Positions 56,743-64,000 of a stretch of 64,000 nucleotides of DNA are shown here, in pieces. Below the pieces are notes generated by a model that had not been told where the DNA came from, searched no databases, and worked only from the letters and a program-made list of their open reading frames with translations. Source of the stretch: Candidatus Hecatella orcuttiae (lineage in GTDB: Archaea; Thermoproteota; Bathyarchaeia; Hecatellales; Hecatellaceae); contig MTLY02000001.1 in assembly GCA_002011035.2 (NCBI GenBank), positions 384,001 to 448,000 on the forward strand, read 5' to 3'. The translations under genes were made by a program, and so were the position numbers. Position 1 is the stretch's first letter. Each line of letters begins with the position of its first letter.

Positions 56743-58180
56743 GCCCTACAGCCGCTTTAATGCCGCGGAGGTTAAGCATGAAATCGTCCTTGGACACCAG
56801 CGACTTCACGAATCGGCGGAGAATATATTTGGGCGAAAGGTAGATCTTGTAAATCTCATCGCAGAATTCCACCACTTCCTCCGCTGTCATGTCCTCCGTC
56901 TTTAAAACAGGTTCGGTCATGTCGTACCTTTCATAATCCTTTGGGTCAACCCTGAACCAGTCGAACTGGATGGCCTGCCGGTATAATTCCGTGCCAGGGT
57001 AGGGAATGACAATAGTGCTCTGCAGCACGTCTGCCAGTCCGTCTTCCATCAGCTTCTTAGCCAAAGCCAACGTCCTGAGAGCGTCTTCTCTTGTCTCCCA
57101 AGGGTAGCCGACCATGATGGTCAGGTGTATCTCCAAACCAGCCTCCTTCGCTATCCTAGACCCCTCCACAATCTGCTGGACGGCGATGCCCTTGTTTATT
57201 CTGTCCAAGGTTTCCTGGCTTGCAGATTCAAGGCCGACCTTCAACAGGCGGAACCCCGCCTTCTTCATCAGCCTGCATACCTCTCTGCCAACTTGGTCGT
57301 AGCGGAAGTTACAGGAAAACAGCACCTCCTCATGGTATCCTCTTTCCACCATACCCTTACAAAATCTCTCCAGCCAACGCCCCAGCGGGAAAGTCCCCGT
57401 ATCGTCAAAGATCTCCCGGACATGGAACTTCTCGACCAGGTAGCCGATCTCGTCCAGATGCCTTTCAGGGCTTCTCACCCTAAACTTCGGGTAGGGCACC
57501 GTCCATGCGCAAAAGGTGCAGCCCCCCGCCTTCCTCCACCAACAATCCCTCCCAGCCATGGTATAGGTGAAAACCTTCCGCTTGTACCAGTTTTCACGGT
57601 ATAGTTGATATTTCGTTAAAACCCTGTCTATGAAGGGGATCCCATCCAAATCGCCGACCAGCTCAAAGGGCCCGGAGTTTCTTATCCCCCCATCCTCACG
57701 ATACCATACCCCCTTAGGCATAGGGCTTTCATCCTCCAGATGTTTGGCTAACCCCAGCAGCGAAACGTCGAAGTCCCCCCCAGTTACGACATAATCCACA
57801 TGGCTCAGCTCCATGCTTTCCTGCGGGAAGGCGGTAACATGGTCTCCCACCAGAACGGTCTTAACCTCGCTTAACAGCTCCTTTAAACGGTCGACTATCT
57901 GCCAATGCTGTTTTACCACAGGCGTTTTGGTTTCAAAAACCACCAAGTCCGGCCGGCTTTTTTGAACATGATCCATAAACTGCCCGTAAGACCACTGTTG
58001 GGCTATGCCGTCGACAAATTCAACCTCAAAGCCGTTTATTTTTAAAAGGGTGGCAGCGCTGGCCGGAACCATGGGATATATGAAGGTGGGATGCGAAAAC
58101 CACTGGAACTGGCGGTTCTGGGTCAGCTGAGGAACGCCTTTCACCTCTAACAAAGGCGGGAAGGCTATCATCACTTTCAT
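56711..58180 (-). CDS. B12-binding radical SAM protein with CX7CX2C motif
   Basis: QNRQFQW, TKTPV, GDHVTA, RDCWWRKAGGCTFC, FDD.GTF, GLESA, PYPGT. Confidence 0.85.
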   Translation of the reverse strand: MKVMIAFPPLLEVKGVPQLTQNRQFQWFSHPTFIYPMVPASAATLLKINGFEVEFVDGIAQQWSYGQFMDHVQKSRPDLVVFETKTPVVKQHWQIVDRLKELLSEVKTVLVGDHVTAFPQESMELSHVDYVVTGGDFDVSLLGLAKHLEDESPMPKGVWYREDGGIRNSGPFELVGDLDGIPFIDRVLTKYQLYRENWYKRKVFTYTMAGRDCWWRKAGGCTFCAWTVPYPKFRVRSPERHLDEIGYLVEKFHVREIFDDTGTFPLGRWLERFCKGMVERGYHEEVLFSCNFRYDQVGREVCRLMKKAGFRLLKVGLESASQETLDRINKGIAVQQIVEGSRIAKEAGLEIHLTIMVGYPWETREDALRTLALAKKLMEDGLADVLQSTIVIPYPGTELYRQAIQFDWFRVDPKDYERYDMTEPVLKTEDMTAEEVVEFCDEIYKIYLSPKYILRRFVKSLVSKDDFMLNLRGIKAAVGHVKDFASART

Positions 58181-58185
58181 CGCTG

Positions 58186-59157
58186 TTAGACCTTTTTCGA
58201 AAAAAACCCTCTGATGAAGGAAAGACCGTAGCAGAGGTGCGTCGCCATTGTTCCTAGAAAAACGTGGAGGACCATTTTAACATTCCTTTCCTTCAAGCCG
58301 GCTGAGATTCCACTCGACAGCGAAAGAAGCACGTAGGCGAGAATCGATAAAACATAGAGCAGACGAATAACCGGATTAACCAACGCCAAGGGGAAGCCGC
58401 CGACCACTCCCACAATCAATAGGGCTGGCATGAAAAACTGCAGCCTGACAAATTTCGGGTAAGACTTGGACAGATGCCCCTTAACGAGGCCGTAGCTCCA
58501 TATCTGCTTGAGGTGAGGGCGGTAAAGCGGCCTTCGACGATGGTAAACCAGCACCCGCGGGTCATACAGTATTTTCATCCCCAGCTTGTGGGTGATCAGC
58601 CCGCAGAATACGATCTCCTCCCCAGGCCACACGTCCGGGGCCAGTTTTTCAACGGCTCCCAGCACAGATTTTCGAATCACTAGGTTACAGGTAGGCGTCT
58701 CGGTGATGTATACCAGTCTTTCATGCGGCCTATACCGAATCGACGCGGCGCCAGCTCCCAAGGAGGAAGCCAAAATGAGGCTGCTGGCCTTCTCCATCAC
58801 ACTGCTTTTCTCGTCCGTTAGAGAGGGCCCGGCTACGGCGGCAACCTCAGGGTTCACGAAGTGGGGAACAGCGTTTTTCAGCCAGCCAGGGTCTGGGTAG
58901 GCGTCGGAGTCGATGAAGGCGCAAATCTCCCCATCGGAAGCAACACTCCCAATGAAACGTTTTTTCAGAGGCTTAACAGCCCCCGTGGGGATCACCTTAA
59001 CCTTCTCCCCAGAAAGCTCATCCGCCTCGTCCGGGAGCACTATTATTTCGTAGTTTGTGTAGCTTAACTTCGAGCAACGTTCGACGCATTTCTTGGTATA
59101 GGTGTCCACCGTCTTACAGGGGATTATTATCGCTACTTTCGGCTCTTTGAATACCAG
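58186..59157 (-). CDS. glycosyltransferase family 2 with C-terminal TMs; probable CTG start
   Basis: PKVAIIIP (upstream of the ORF-track start), AFIDSDA, WPGEE, VYH.RR. Confidence 0.85.
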   Translation of the reverse strand: MVFKEPKVAIIIPCKTVDTYTKKCVERCSKLSYTNYEIIVLPDEADELSGEKVKVIPTGAVKPLKKRFIGSVASDGEICAFIDSDAYPDPGWLKNAVPHFVNPEVAAVAGPSLTDEKSSVMEKASSLILASSLGAGAASIRYRPHERLVYITETPTCNLVIRKSVLGAVEKLAPDVWPGEEIVFCGLITHKLGMKILYDPRVLVYHRRRPLYRPHLKQIWSYGLVKGHLSKSYPKFVRLQFFMPALLIVGVVGGFPLALVNPVIRLLYVLSILAYVLLSLSSGISAGLKERNVKMVLHVFLGTMATHLCYGLSFIRGFFSKKV

Positions 59158-59199
59158 GCGCCTACACCGTCAGCCAGCATTCAAGTTTCATGGGGGCTG

Positions 59200-60168
59200 C
59201 TAGCTTCTGCCAAAAGCAGCCATAAAATAGACTTTTCGGAGAAAGTTCATCACCCTCTCCCGCTTCACATTGAAGCGCCGCTGAACTATAGGATAACTTC
59301 TACCGGAGTTCCCATCGACAAACACGCCGCCGTTTTTCACGGTTTTTAACCTGAGAAGTCTCTTCCCGAAAGCCAAGCTGAGCCTTAAAGCTAACAGGTC
59401 CATGAACATGGTTAAAACCGTCCTCGCAGGGACTATTTTGGACTCCCCCTTAGACCTCTGATCCTGCCACTCCACATTCACCGCCTCCACCGGAACGCCC
59501 AGCCTCCTCGCGTTGACTATGAGGCTTGTGTCGAACAGAAAGCCGTCAGACCTAACCTCCTCCACCACTCGCCTGGCAACTTCAACCCTCATGGCCTTTA
59601 ACCCCGTCTGGTGGTCCCTCACCCCGGTTCTGAAGAGAAGCTTGACCAAGGTGTTATAGCCCACGCTCAGGAGCCTTCTGGCTGCACCGTAGGAACCCCC
59701 TGTGAGCATCCTCCGAACCCCCACAACCAAGCCGCCTTTATCCTTAGCTGAAGCAACAGCGTGGAGGACGTTTTCGCCGAGGCTTACAGGCAGGTCTGCG
59801 TCCAGTATGAGGAGGACTTCACCCCTAGCAACCTGGACGGCATTCCGTATGGTGCCGCCTTTCCCTATTCTCCGCGTAAACCTCAAAACATTCACCTTCC
59901 CCGTGGAAGAGCCGACGGCTTTAGCAACGTCAGGAGTCCCATCTTTGCTGCAGTCGTCGCAGACAACTATCTCGTACTCCAAACTGCTGCCATCGAAAAA
60001 GCTGCACAGCTTATCCAAGGACCTGCCGATGATCTTCGACTCGTTGTAGGCGGGGATGAGAACGGACACGGTGACAGGCTTCACCCTCAAACCTGACAGC
60101 GAGCTTTCAGTTTTAGGTAAAACCGCTTCCCCAAAGGCGGAAATAGCCCGGCTACCTCTTATCGGCAA
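59200..60168 (-). CDS. GT2 polyprenol-phosphate glycosyltransferase (DPM1/Alg5-like)
   Basis: VLIPAYNE, DDCSKDGT, GKG, DAD, D.QTGLKA, FDT. Confidence 0.82.
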   Translation of the reverse strand: MPIRGSRAISAFGEAVLPKTESSLSGLRVKPVTVSVLIPAYNESKIIGRSLDKLCSFFDGSSLEYEIVVCDDCSKDGTPDVAKAVGSSTGKVNVLRFTRRIGKGGTIRNAVQVARGEVLLILDADLPVSLGENVLHAVASAKDKGGLVVGVRRMLTGGSYGAARRLLSVGYNTLVKLLFRTGVRDHQTGLKAMRVEVARRVVEEVRSDGFLFDTSLIVNARRLGVPVEAVNVEWQDQRSKGESKIVPARTVLTMFMDLLALRLSLAFGKRLLRLKTVKNGGVFVDGNSGRSYPIVQRRFNVKRERVMNFLRKVYFMAAFGRS

Positions 60169-60655
60169 GAGCCTTCAATACAGTTGCGGCGGATAAAACC
60201 GCGAAGACCATCAAGCCCTCCCCCGTGAAGAGCGGCGCATCCAAGGTTTTAAAGTAGGAGAACACCGTGGGGGCTGTGAGAACCTTTACGCTGAGGTGAA
60301 TAGCCGGGGAGCTGGCTATGCGAACGGCCGAGTCAACTAAAACCCTGAACGACTGACCGTAGAGCGGCCAAAACAAAGGCGTGTAGTATCCTAGGTCCAT
60401 GACCGGATGGGACAAGGCTGCCAACAGCCCCAAAGCCGCAGGTTTCCGCAGACGAGTCCTCCAAACCAGCAACATGAAGGGAGCTGACAAGGCTAAAATG
60501 ACGACAAGCGAATGGGAAAAAGACCTGTGAACATGAAAAAACACATCCAAATCCGGCAGGACGGCGGCCAAAGAAATAGGCAACGCCCTCCTGAGCTGGA
60601 CCCCTAGGATAGTGAGGGCGGCGAGAGGGATGACAAAGTGGATCAGAGGCTCCAT
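60152..60655 (-). CDS. membrane metal-dependent hydrolase (YdjM/DUF457-like)
   Basis: H...LPDLD...HRSFSHS...SHPVMD motif set. Confidence 0.8.
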   Translation of the reverse strand: MEPLIHFVIPLAALTILGVQLRRALPISLAAVLPDLDVFFHVHRSFSHSLVVILALSAPFMLLVWRTRLRKPAALGLLAALSHPVMDLGYYTPLFWPLYGQSFRVLVDSAVRIASSPAIHLSVKVLTAPTVFSYFKTLDAPLFTGEGLMVFAVLSAATVLKALADKR

Positions 60656-60721
60656 ACTTACAGCTCGGGAGGGGGGCGGTGATTTACCTTTGAGAGCCCA
60701 AAGGCGCCTGAGCCTTTGCCC

Positions 60722-61096
60722 TCAACCTTGCACATAATATTTCGTGGAAAGCCGGGTTAACCCAAGCCAGAATACGTACCGGGGCTCTGTCAACCATACC
60801 CTGAGCTGCGGACACCAGGTGAAGACGGCTGATTCCTCGCCGCGGGTCAGCATTTCTTTGGCCGCTGCCACACCAGCCTGAACAATCCGGTTTCCAAGGG
60901 TGTCTTTAATTTTCTCAACTATGCTGAGAAGCTGGCTGGCGACTTTCCAGTTGAGTATTCTGCCCTTGAACCTAGCGTACCATAATGCTGCTTTAAACAA
61001 AGCCTTCTCCGTGGTCTTCAACCTCCTCCAGTTTCCGTTTCTTAAACCCTTCCGCATCCAGCCCAGCAACCCGGCATAACTGAGAATGGGGAACAT
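60722..61096 (-). CDS. hypothetical basic helical protein
   Basis: RKGLRNGNWRRL...W.PQLRVWL..P.Y.FWLG; ATG 61096 preferred, with a TTTAAATA box upstream. Confidence 0.6.
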   Translation of the reverse strand: MFPILSYAGLLGWMRKGLRNGNWRRLKTTEKALFKAALWYARFKGRILNWKVASQLLSIVEKIKDTLGNRIVQAGVAAAKEMLTRGEESAVFTWCPQLRVWLTEPRYVFWLGLTRLSTKYYVQG

Positions 61097-61332
61097 TCCT
61101 AAACCCTTAATCCAGTAGATTCTCGGAACATATTTAAATAGATTTACGACTTCGGAAGAGAAACGGAAAACAAACACCAAAAATAGCTAAAAAAGGCCCT
61201 TTAGGGAAACCATACCGGCAATACTTTAACGAGAATAGGCCGCCTTTTTAGTCGCCGAAGTTGAAATAAATAGATTAAATTAACAGAAACAGTCGAGGAA
61301 ACTTGTCGATTTTTAATTAAGTTCTACTAAAG

Positions 61333-61368
61333 TTTAAATATTTCTAACTTAAGTGTAACTTTGGTTAC
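61333..61368 (+). promoter_or_regulatory. vapBC promoter with candidate autoregulatory operator
   Basis: TTTAAATA TATA at 61333-61340, then GTAAC-TTTG-GTTAC inverted repeat (61355-61368) just before the ATG. Confidence 0.45.
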
Positions 61369-61370
61369 CT

Positions 61371-61643
61371 ATGGTTGAACTTAAAGTTAAAGTCGGCAGC
61401 AAAGGACAGATCCTCATCCCCAAGATCCTCAGAGAAAGATACGGCATAAACCAGGGGGAATCGGTGACGATAGAACCTGCAAGCGAGGGTCTACTCATAA
61501 GGGGAAAACCCAGCCCTGACGAGGTAATGAGGAGGCTGAAAAACCACGTAGAAAAGATCAAAACCATGGCGACAGAAGAACCCAAGCTCGGCGACCTGAA
61601 AAAGACCTATCTTGAGGAGGAGTTCGAGGAGGAGAGAGCTTGA
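61371..61643 (+). CDS. vapB: AbrB/MazE-family antitoxin (VapB)
   Basis: KVGSKGQILIPK.LRE.YGI..G; acidic tail; TTGA overlap with PIN gene. Confidence 0.88.
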   Translation: MVELKVKVGSKGQILIPKILRERYGINQGESVTIEPASEGLLIRGKPSPDEVMRRLKNHVEKIKTMATEEPKLGDLKKTYLEEEFEEERA

Positions 61644-62041
61644 AAGCTTTCTTGGACTCCAACCTCCTAGTCTACCTGAACACGATGACAGGCGAGGAGA
61701 GGAAAAGCATCGACAAGTTTTTCAGAAAGCTGCTGAACGAAACACTCTTCACCAACATGCTCGTTTTGGATGAAACCCTCTACATATCCAAAAGAAAATT
61801 TAAAGTCCCCTATGAAACCACGCTGGGTTTTCTCAGAGAAATAGTGTTACCCTACACGAAAGTTATACCCTTGGATGAGGAAGACGTAAAGTCGATGGAA
61901 AAATACCTTACCAAGCACGATTTAAAGCCATCCGACACCTTGCATCTAGCCACCATGGAAAAGGCCGGCGTAACCCGCATAGTAACAGAGGACGAAGACT
62001 ACGATAAGGTTGAGGAAGTAAGAAGGATCTGGCTCCAATAA
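61640..62041 (+). CDS. vapC: PIN-domain toxin VapC
   Basis: FLDSN, VLDE, PSD.LHLA, IVTEDEDYD acidic PIN residues. Confidence 0.9.
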   Translation: MKAFLDSNLLVYLNTMTGEERKSIDKFFRKLLNETLFTNMLVLDETLYISKRKFKVPYETTLGFLREIVLPYTKVIPLDEEDVKSMEKYLTKHDLKPSDTLHLATMEKAGVTRIVTEDEDYDKVEEVRRIWLQ

Positions 62042-62238
62042 CTTCTCCCTAGGGAATAACACCACCGCCTCAGGGCTAATTCAGACGGTTTTAAAAGACG
62101 TGGAAAGTTTACCGAAGTTTACCGTAGATAAGCTGTCTCAAATCAGAATGCAGACGATTTTCTTCAAATCGGCTTAAGCTTCCTCCCAGGCGGAAAGTCT
62201 TAAATGATTTCGAATTATATTTTCAAGTCGAGGTTTTC

Positions 62239-62478
62239 ATGTTCGAGTTTGACACCGTGATCGTGGAGGATGAGACCGGAGGCTATGTGGCATTTGTCCC
62301 CGCTTTGCCCGGCTGCCATACTCAAGGCGACACGCTGGGAGAGTTGATGAGAAATATCAAAGAGGCTATAGAGCTGTATCTTGAAACTTTAGCCGAAGAG
62401 GAGGAAGGGGGGAGTTTTAAAGCAGAGGGTGGTCAGGGTTCAGAAAGTGAAAGCCTTTGTCTAGAATCCTCCCCCTGA
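62239..62478 (+). CDS. hicB: HicB-family antitoxin (short form), C-terminus apparently frameshifted
   Basis: GGYVA.VPALPGCHTQGDT..E...NIKEAIELYL; a more native-looking tail LKQRVVRVQKVKAFV* lies in the +1 frame after the G6 run at 62407-62412. Confidence 0.8.
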   Translation: MFEFDTVIVEDETGGYVAFVPALPGCHTQGDTLGELMRNIKEAIELYLETLAEEEEGGSFKAEGGQGSESESLCLESSP

Positions 62479-62559
62479 AGCTAGATAAACCCATCAAAAT
62501 CCTCCAGAAAGCAGAATTAAGGCCGGGAAGAATTAAACAAACTCATCAAACAGGTTTGA
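62457..62559 (+). pseudogene. hicA: HicA toxin remnant with internal deletion
   Basis: TTG-MSRILPLK..KPIKILQKA N-terminus and out-of-frame REELNKLIKQV* C-terminus; catalytic GSH core missing. Confidence 0.65.
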
Positions 62560-62568
62560 AGACCCAAA

Positions 62569-63582
62569 ATGGCTAAATCAACCATCGGAAAAGAGATAAA
62601 CCAAGTATTATCCCAGCTTAAAGAAAACATGTTTGCAGGTAAGAGAATTCTTGTTACAGGAGGAGCTGGGTTTCTGGGAAGCTGGCTCTGCGACATACTG
62701 ACAGGGACAGACGCAGAAGTATTCTGCCTAGACAACCTCGCCACAGGACTAAGGGAAAACATAGACCACCTCAGAGGGAACAAAAACTTCCATTTTATAG
62801 AGGGTAATGCGGAGAATTTCAGCCAACCCCAAAGGCTGGACATCATACTCCACTTGGCAAGCAGAACATCCCCGGAAGAATATCAGAAGCACCCCATCGA
62901 AACCCTGAAAGCCAACTCCCTTGGAACGTTGACGGTGCTGGAAGCCGCCCGCCTCAACGACGCCCTCACCCTCTACGCGTCCACAAGCGAAGTCTACGGA
63001 GACGCGCAGGTGATACCTACTCCTGAGACCTATTGGGGTCACGTCAACCCGGTGGGTGTTCGCTCCTGCTACGACGAAGGCAAGAGGTTCGGCGAAGCCC
63101 TCTGCGCCGCCTACAGGCGCCAGTACAGCTTGGATGTGAGGGTCGTCAGGATCTTCAACACCTACGGGCCGAGGATCAGGGCGGACGGCGCCTACGCTCG
63201 CGCTGTTCCAAGGTTTATAACCCAAGCCCTCTTGCAGAGGGACATAACCGTCTACGGAGACGGCTCCCAGACACGTAGCTTCTGCTACGTAACCGACACC
63301 GTAGCCGGGATGTTGAAGGCCTTAACCAGCCCCCATGCCAAGGGTGAAATATTCAACATCGGAAACCCCCATGAAATAACCATCCTCCAGCTTGCGGAAA
63401 AAATAAAGCAGATAGCCGGGAGCACTTCGCAGGTCACCTTCCATCCCCTGCCCGAAGACGACCCTAAGAGGAGATGCCCGGACATAAGCAAGGCGAAAAC
63501 CGTCTTAGGCTGGGAGCCGGTGACTTCGCTTGAAGAAGGACTGGCCAAGACGGTGGACTGGTTCCGGTCGAGGATTTTCTAA
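62569..63582 (+). CDS. UDP-glucuronate decarboxylase (UDP-xylose synthase)-family SDR
   Basis: TGGAGFLGS, ASTSEVYGD, YWGHVNP.G.RSCYDEGKR, RIFNTYGP, QTRSFCYV, LP.DDP.RR.PDI. Confidence 0.9.
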   Translation: MAKSTIGKEINQVLSQLKENMFAGKRILVTGGAGFLGSWLCDILTGTDAEVFCLDNLATGLRENIDHLRGNKNFHFIEGNAENFSQPQRLDIILHLASRTSPEEYQKHPIETLKANSLGTLTVLEAARLNDALTLYASTSEVYGDAQVIPTPETYWGHVNPVGVRSCYDEGKRFGEALCAAYRRQYSLDVRVVRIFNTYGPRIRADGAYARAVPRFITQALLQRDITVYGDGSQTRSFCYVTDTVAGMLKALTSPHAKGEIFNIGNPHEITILQLAEKIKQIAGSTSQVTFHPLPEDDPKRRCPDISKAKTVLGWEPVTSLEEGLAKTVDWFRSRIF

Positions 63583-63594
63583 GTTACGGGGAGA

Positions 63595-64000
63595 CTATTT
63601 CGCACGGCCGTAGGATACGCGCAGAGCATCCCAGTAGGTCGTCGGGTTTCCTATATCCACCCGGATGTTGTCGGAGCCCAGTTTCAGGGCGTATACTTTA
63701 AAGCCGCCTTCAACCAGCATCTGAATGGCATCCGTCAACTGCTTTTCCCCCCTCTCGTCCACACCAACTCTCTCCAGCATCTTGAAGATTACGGGGTTGA
63801 ACAAATACAGGGCGACAACAGCCAGTTTGGAGGGGGCGACCTTAGGTTTCTCGACGATGCGTTTGACACTGTAGATTCTCCCCGCCACCCTCTCGCCTTC
63901 TATGACTCCGTAGATTCGGGGGTCTTCAACCTCATCCACCACAAACGTGGCATCCGACCCATACTTGCTGTGTACGTCTACAAGGTTTTTCAGAAGCTTA
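63595..64000 (-). CDS. sugar-1-phosphate nucleotidyltransferase (RmlA/GalU-like), 5' end outside window
   Basis: V.DP..YGV, VEKP..APS.LA, GE.QLTDAI, DIG; frame open to the window edge. Confidence 0.85.
   Translation of the reverse strand, partial: KLLKNLVDVHSKYGSDATFVVDEVEDPRIYGVIEGERVAGRIYSVKRIVEKPKVAPSKLAVVALYLFNPVIFKMLERVGVDERGEKQLTDAIQMLVEGGFKVYALKLGSDNIRVDIGNPTTYWDALRVSYGRAK

Larger units (their letters stand above)
24577..64000. other. tRNA-anchored surface-glycosylation genomic island (right end beyond window)
   Basis: begins immediately 3' of tRNA-Arg; abrupt change in composition and skew; GTs, sugar-modifying enzymes, TA modules and pseudogenes; no integrase or att repeat seen in window. 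Confidence 0.6.

Noticed and set aside
28460-61205. Shared 11-mer GGCCCTTTAGG near 28460 and 61195 as possible att/direct repeats
   Set aside because: Too short to be significant in 64 kb, flanks do not match, and it is unrelated to the tRNA 3' end
62105-62192. Tandem 10-mer AAGTTTACCG x2 and a minus-strand frame AWEEA*ADLK resembling a HEPN N-terminus
   Set aside because: Only two repeat units and a very short, stop-interrupted similarity; not supportable without a search
24550-64000. Integrase or attR copy of the tRNA-Arg 3' end; CRISPR arrays; IS elements; rRNA
   Set aside because: None recognisable in the window by eye; the island's right boundary may lie outside

Overview
Archaeal chromosome segment of the TACK superphylum, most consistent with Bathyarchaeia (inference from gene content, Zn-insert PriS, Cren7-like protein and heavy TTG/GTG start usage). 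1-10.7 kb: the rps3-to-secY/adk/DUF106 part of the S10-spc ribosomal protein superoperon on the minus strand, detached from rpl22 and with an internal promoter and structured leader before rps5. 10.8-24.6 kb: housekeeping genes (histone-deacetylase family, HAD-IIA, intron-containing tRNA-His, pcn-priL-argH-priS, rps6e), a small catabolic insert (class III aminotransferase, split urea-carboxylase/PxpBC-like carboxyltransferase, SDR), a 4xCBS plus HPF/RaiA-like putative ribosome hibernation factor, a Cren7-like Zn-ribbon protein and a two-intron tRNA-Arg(UCU) with an anomalous C33. From that tRNA to the end of the window: a ~40 kb surface-glycosylation island. It holds two paralogous GT-C-type membrane proteins, a DNRLRE/Ig surface protein, a flippase, a nucleotidyltransferase plus thymidylate-kinase-like pair, a C- and N-methylated amino-deoxysugar pathway, five GT4, three GT2, several methyltransferases, two B12-radical SAM enzymes, a virus-like AbrB/TerS-like relic, toxin-antitoxin genes and several internally collapsed pseudogenes. 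At least four genes have conserved N-termini with no ATG/GTG/TTG start. All calls come from motif recognition by eye; no searches were run.
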